The position numbers and the translations under genes are program-made. This document shows positions 60,198-64,000 of a DNA stretch of 64,000 nucleotides, piece by piece. Within the stretch, counting starts at the first letter, position 1, and each line of letters starts with the position of its first letter. The notes under the pieces are model-generated. The model was not told where the DNA came from. It worked only from the letters and a program-made list of their open reading frames with translations, and did not search any database. Origin of the DNA: Deltaproteobacteria bacterium (GTDB lineage Bacteria; Desulfobacterota; Desulfuromonadia; Desulfuromonadales; Geopsychrobacteraceae); contig JAGYPB010000001.1 in the NCBI GenBank assembly GCA_018399135.1, positions 21,440 through 85,439 of the forward strand, given 5' to 3'.

Positions 60198-60222
60198 TCA
60201 CATCCATAAGGAGACGAGAATC

Positions 60223-60774
60223 ATGGCAGAAAGATATGAACTTCGCTTTTCCGGTGCGGGTGGTCAGGGTTTGATCACCGCCGGAATCATTCTGGCTGAA
60301 GCCGCTTCGATTATCGAAGGGCGGCATGCCGTTCAGTCACAAAGCTACGGTCCTGAAGCCCGTGGTGGTGCTTCCAAGTCGGAGGTTATTATCGGTGAAG
60401 CCCCGATCGATTATCCCAAGGCAACTATTGTTGATGCATGCCTGGCGATGACTCAGGAAGCGGCTGATAAATATGCTGTTGGTATCAAGAAGGGTGGCGT
60501 ATTGCTGGTGGATAGTGATTTTGTCAAAAACCCTCCTCAGGGCGATTACAAGATCTACAGCTTGCCGATTATGCGGACTGCTAAGGTCGATGTCGGCCGT
60601 GAAATTGTCGCAAACGTTATTGCCCTGGGTGCAATGATAGCCTTGACTGATGTTGTAAAACGCGAGTCAGGAGAGCAGGCCGTTCTGGCTAAAGTTCCGG
60701 AAGCCTTTAAGGATCTGAACAAAAAGGCCTACAGCCTTGGTTTTGATAAAATGAAGGAAGTCCTGGCTGGTTAA
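60223..60774 (+). CDS. korC: 2-oxoglutarate:ferredoxin oxidoreductase gamma subunit
   Basis: GAGGQG, SYGPEARGG; SD AAGGAG. Confidence 0.92.
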   Translation: MAERYELRFSGAGGQGLITAGIILAEAASIIEGRHAVQSQSYGPEARGGASKSEVIIGEAPIDYPKATIVDACLAMTQEAADKYAVGIKKGGVLLVDSDFVKNPPQGDYKIYSLPIMRTAKVDVGREIVANVIALGAMIALTDVVKRESGEQAVLAKVPEAFKDLNKKAYSLGFDKMKEVLAG

Positions 60775-60794
60775 TTTTCTGGACAGTTATAGCT

Positions 60795-60838
60795 AAAGCA
60801 AGGCCTGGTGACATACCATCGGGCCTTGCTTTTTTTTT
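60795..60838 (+). terminator. Intrinsic terminator after korC
   Basis: AAAGCAAGGCCTG...CGGGCCTTGC followed by T9. Confidence 0.85.
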
Positions 60839-60915
60839 GGTCTCATTGGTAAAGTTTGTGATACAAACTTCCTGTATAATAAACCTTCAAAAATGATGAA
60901 AGAAAGGCTGTTTAG

Positions 60916-61596
60916 ATGAAAAAACTTGTCATTGCATTATCCATGATGATGTTTGTTGCGACTATCGGTTATGCAACAACATGGGAAACCGAAGCTCAGA
61001 AAGTTGGTTATGCCATCGGTATGAATATTGGCATGAGTATGAAGATGCAGGAACTGGACATCGATCCTGATCAGGTATCGGCAGCTCTTGTGGCGGCCTT
61101 TAAGGGTGAACCTACACTGATGGATGAAGATCAGATGGCACAGACGCTGATGGCTTTCCAGCAGCAGATGCAGGCGCGCGACGTGGAAAAAATGGCTGCT
61201 GAAGCGACAAAAAACGCTGCGCAGTCGCAACAGTATCTTGAGCAGAACAGTAAAAAGAAGGGTGTTGTGACGACAGAAACTGGTCTGCAGTATCGCGTCC
61301 TGTCAAAAGGTAAAGGGACATCACCCGTGGCTGATTCGACGGTCGATGTTCACTATCGTGGCACCCTGGTTGATGGAACGGAATTCGACAGCTCTTACTC
61401 CCGTGGGGAACCTGCAACATTTCCCGTTGGTAATGTTATTCCCGGTTGGACCGAAGCGTTGCAACTGATGAAGGTAGGGGACAAGTGGGAGATTGCTATA
61501 CCGGCTGAATTGGCTTATGCCGATCAGGGGGCGCCACCTGTTATTCCTCCAGGTGCTGCCCTTGTTTTCGAGGTCGAGCTGCTGAAGATTCATTAG
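60916..61596 (+). CDS. FKBP-type peptidyl-prolyl isomerase (FkpA/Mip-like)
   Basis: Signal peptide, YAIG, GLQY, HYRGTL.DGTEFDSS, VIPGWTEAL, LVFEVELL. Confidence 0.93.
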   Translation: MKKLVIALSMMMFVATIGYATTWETEAQKVGYAIGMNIGMSMKMQELDIDPDQVSAALVAAFKGEPTLMDEDQMAQTLMAFQQQMQARDVEKMAAEATKNAAQSQQYLEQNSKKKGVVTTETGLQYRVLSKGKGTSPVADSTVDVHYRGTLVDGTEFDSSYSRGEPATFPVGNVIPGWTEALQLMKVGDKWEIAIPAELAYADQGAPPVIPPGAALVFEVELLKIH

Positions 61597-61679
61597 TCTA
61601 TTTCTGATTCATCCTCATCGGGCAGTAATCGTCCGATGAGGATGATGGCAGTGCAAAGTAACAGTAGTGTTTCGAACAT
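61593..61679 (-). CDS. Putative 28-aa small membrane peptide
   Basis: MFETLLLLCTAIILIGRLLPDEDESEID; purine-rich AGGAAGG upstream; stop overlaps FKBP stop; coincides with a 13-bp hairpin. Confidence 0.35.
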   Translation of the reverse strand: MFETLLLLCTAIILIGRLLPDEDESEID

Positions 61680-61850
61680 GGTGATGGCCTTCCTGGTTGT
61701 GTAGATTCAAAATCCTTCCTTATAAAAATCATGATAGGCCTTGTATGTGACATAATAATTCACATTAACAGGGTTGCCGACATTGCTCTTGCTGAAACGA
61801 TGTAAGAAGTCATTTCGGTAGTTTGTTTTCATATAAAGAGGAACTGCACG

Positions 61851-61886
61851 TTGACTTCAATTCGAAGAATCGTATACAGTATGCAG
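61851..61886 (+). promoter_or_regulatory. acnB promoter (-35 TTGACT) with the same operator as icd
   Basis: TTGACT at 61851; TCGTATACAGTATGCAG at 61870-61886, 14/17 match to the reverse complement of the icd site. Confidence 0.7.
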
Positions 61887-61982
61887 TTGCTAGCCGCTAA
61901 AACACTTGTTTAACCTTGATTTTAAGAGTGAAAAATCAGGACATGAAACCCATTTTCCCAACGCGATAACTGGAGGAGAGAG

Positions 61983-64000
61983 ATGATTGACGCTTATCTG
62001 AAGCATGAAGAAGAAAGAAGGGCACAGGGGATTCCTGCGCTACCATTAAACCCGGAGCAGACATCCGGTCTGTGTGATCTGCTGCAGAATCCTCCAGCGG
62101 GCAGGGAAATTTTTTTGTTACATCTGCTGACTGAGCGGGTATCACCAGGTGTGGATCCAGCGGCTGAAGTCAAGGCTGCATTTCTGGCAGACCTGATCAC
62201 CGGTTCAAAATCATCACCCTTGATTGATCGAGTCAAAGCTGTAGCGCTTCTTGGGGCCATGATCGGTGGTTATAACGTCGATTCTCTGATTAATGCCCTG
62301 AAGGACAAGGAACTTGCTGACCATGCCGCTAAGGCATTGTCCGGCATGACCTATGTGTACGATGCTGCCGAGCAGGTTGTTGAACTGTCTAAAACCAATG
62401 CAGCAGCTAAAAAGGTTGTTCAAAGCTGGGCTGATGCTGAGTGGTTTACCGGCAAGCCGGCAATGCCTGAAGTGATTACCGTCAAGGTATTCAAGGTTGA
62501 AGGGGAAATCAATACTGACGATTTTTCACCTGCCGGTGATGCCTGGAGTCGTCCCGATATTCCTTTACATGCTCTGGCGATGGGTAAAACCCGTTTCCCC
62601 GGGGGCATTCAGGAAATTGCCAAGTGGCGAACAGAAGGTCATCAGGTGGCTTTTGTCGGCGATGTTGTCGGTACCGGCTCTTCCCGTAAATCAGCCTGTA
62701 ACAGTGTTTTGTGGTGTATCGGTGATGACATTCCTGCTGTACCTAACAAGCGTCGTGGTGGCGTGATCATTGGTGGTGTTATTGCCCCCATCTTCTTCAA
62801 TACCGCCCAGGACTCCGGCGCCCTGCCACTGCGCATGGACGTCAGCAATCTGAATATGGGTGACATTATCACCATCAATACGGCCAAAGGTGAAGTTGCC
62901 AACGCAGCCGGTGAGGTGATTACTACCTTTGAGATCAAGCCCTCTACGGTTCCGGATGAATATCGCGCAGGAGGCCGGGTGCCTTTGATTATCGGCCGCG
63001 CTCTTACCGGTGTTGCGCGTAAGGCGCTGGGACTGGGAGCTTCAGACCTGTTTGCACAAGTTCAGAATCCAGAAGCTAAACCGGGTCAGGGTTATACCCA
63101 GGCACAGAAAATGGTTGGTCGTGCCTGCGGGGTTGACGGGGTGCTGCCTGGTAGTTCTTGCGAGCCTAAAATGACGACGGTTGGCTCCCAGGACACGACC
63201 GGGCCAATGACCGCTGATGAGTGGAAGGAACTCGCCTGTCTGCGTTTCCAGTCACCGATGGTGATGCAGTCCTTCTGTCATACATCCGCCTATCCTAAAC
63301 CGGCAGATGTTAAGATGCATAAGACCTTGCCGCCGTTTATTTCCGAGCGCGGAGGTGTTCCCTTGCGCACTGGTGATGGAGTTATTCACAGCTGGCTTAA
63401 CCGTCTACTGGTTCCCGATACGGTCGGCACCGGTGGTGATTCTCACACCCGCTTCCCGATTGGAATCAGCTTCCCTGCCGGATCCGGTCTGATTGCTTTT
63501 GCCGGTGCCTTGGGCTTTATGCCTCTGGATATGCCGGAGTCGGTCCTCGTTCGTTTCAAGGGTACGCTAAATGAGGGTATCACCCTGCGTGATGCGGTTA
63601 ATGCGATCCCTTACTGGGCCATCAAGCAGGGGTTGTTGACGGTTCCCAAAAAGAACAAAGTTAATATCTTTAACGGCCGTATTCTCGAAATGGAAGGTCT
63701 ACCCGATTTGTCCGTCGAGCAGGCTTTTGAACTGACGGATGCTGCGGCTGAGCGTTCGGCTGCTGCCGGTTGTATCCAATTGTCAGAAGAAAGCGTGTGC
63801 GCTTATCTGCGTTCAAATATTGCCTTGATGGAGCAGATGATCAAGGACGGCTACCAGGATGCAGAAACACTGCGCAACCGGATTGATGCGGTTAAGGATT
63901 GGCTCAAGGATCCCAAGCTGATTCGCGCTGATTCCAATGCGGAGTATGCTGCTATTATCGAGATTGATCTGACCGAGATCACCGAACCAATTCTTGCCTG
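61983..64000 (+). CDS. acnB: Aconitate hydratase B; 3' end outside window
   Basis: Absent from ORF track because it has no stop in the window. MIDAYLKHEEERRAQGIPALPL...RVSPGVDPAA.VKA, NTDDFSPA, GSQDTTGPMT, QSFCH, GDSHTRFP; SD GGAGG. Confidence 0.95.
   Translation, partial: MIDAYLKHEEERRAQGIPALPLNPEQTSGLCDLLQNPPAGREIFLLHLLTERVSPGVDPAAEVKAAFLADLITGSKSSPLIDRVKAVALLGAMIGGYNVDSLINALKDKELADHAAKALSGMTYVYDAAEQVVELSKTNAAAKKVVQSWADAEWFTGKPAMPEVITVKVFKVEGEINTDDFSPAGDAWSRPDIPLHALAMGKTRFPGGIQEIAKWRTEGHQVAFVGDVVGTGSSRKSACNSVLWCIGDDIPAVPNKRRGGVIIGGVIAPIFFNTAQDSGALPLRMDVSNLNMGDIITINTAKGEVANAAGEVITTFEIKPSTVPDEYRAGGRVPLIIGRALTGVARKALGLGASDLFAQVQNPEAKPGQGYTQAQKMVGRACGVDGVLPGSSCEPKMTTVGSQDTTGPMTADEWKELACLRFQSPMVMQSFCHTSAYPKPADVKMHKTLPPFISERGGVPLRTGDGVIHSWLNRLLVPDTVGTGGDSHTRFPIGISFPAGSGLIAFAGALGFMPLDMPESVLVRFKGTLNEGITLRDAVNAIPYWAIKQGLLTVPKKNKVNIFNGRILEMEGLPDLSVEQAFELTDAAAERSAAAGCIQLSEESVCAYLRSNIALMEQMIKDGYQDAETLRNRIDAVKDWLKDPKLIRADSNAEYAAIIEIDLTEITEPILA

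Overview
Gene-dense core-chromosome segment of an anaerobic Desulfuromonadales/Geobacter-like bacterium (inferred from gene content and order). No prophage, transposase, CRISPR array, rRNA or tRNA was recognised. Housekeeping blocks are nadC-birA-coaX-EF-G2, pepN, fbp-comEC-REC/GGDEF-hisS-aspS and a TCA cluster (icd, mdh, korDABC, acnB). Accessory content includes cydAB, desulfoferrodoxin, fccAB, a biotin carboxylase pair and an RND pump. Elements the ORF track misses: (1) a GEMM-I riboswitch with the A20 signature of 3',3'-cGAMP sensors, apparently an OFF switch, upstream of a canonical diguanylate cyclase, while a Hypr-type GGDEF (GacA-like cGAMP synthase) lies 19 kb away, together a candidate cGAMP-to-c-di-GMP cross-talk circuit; (2) a UGA-recoded HesB-like selenoprotein with a SECIS-like hairpin; (3) a stand-alone 183-nt 6S-like RNA with its own promoter and terminator; (4) a 28-aa membrane peptide after cydB; (5) a shared palindromic operator over the icd and acnB promoters; (6) a frameshifted sirtuin. 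All calls come from reading motifs by eye; no database searches were run.
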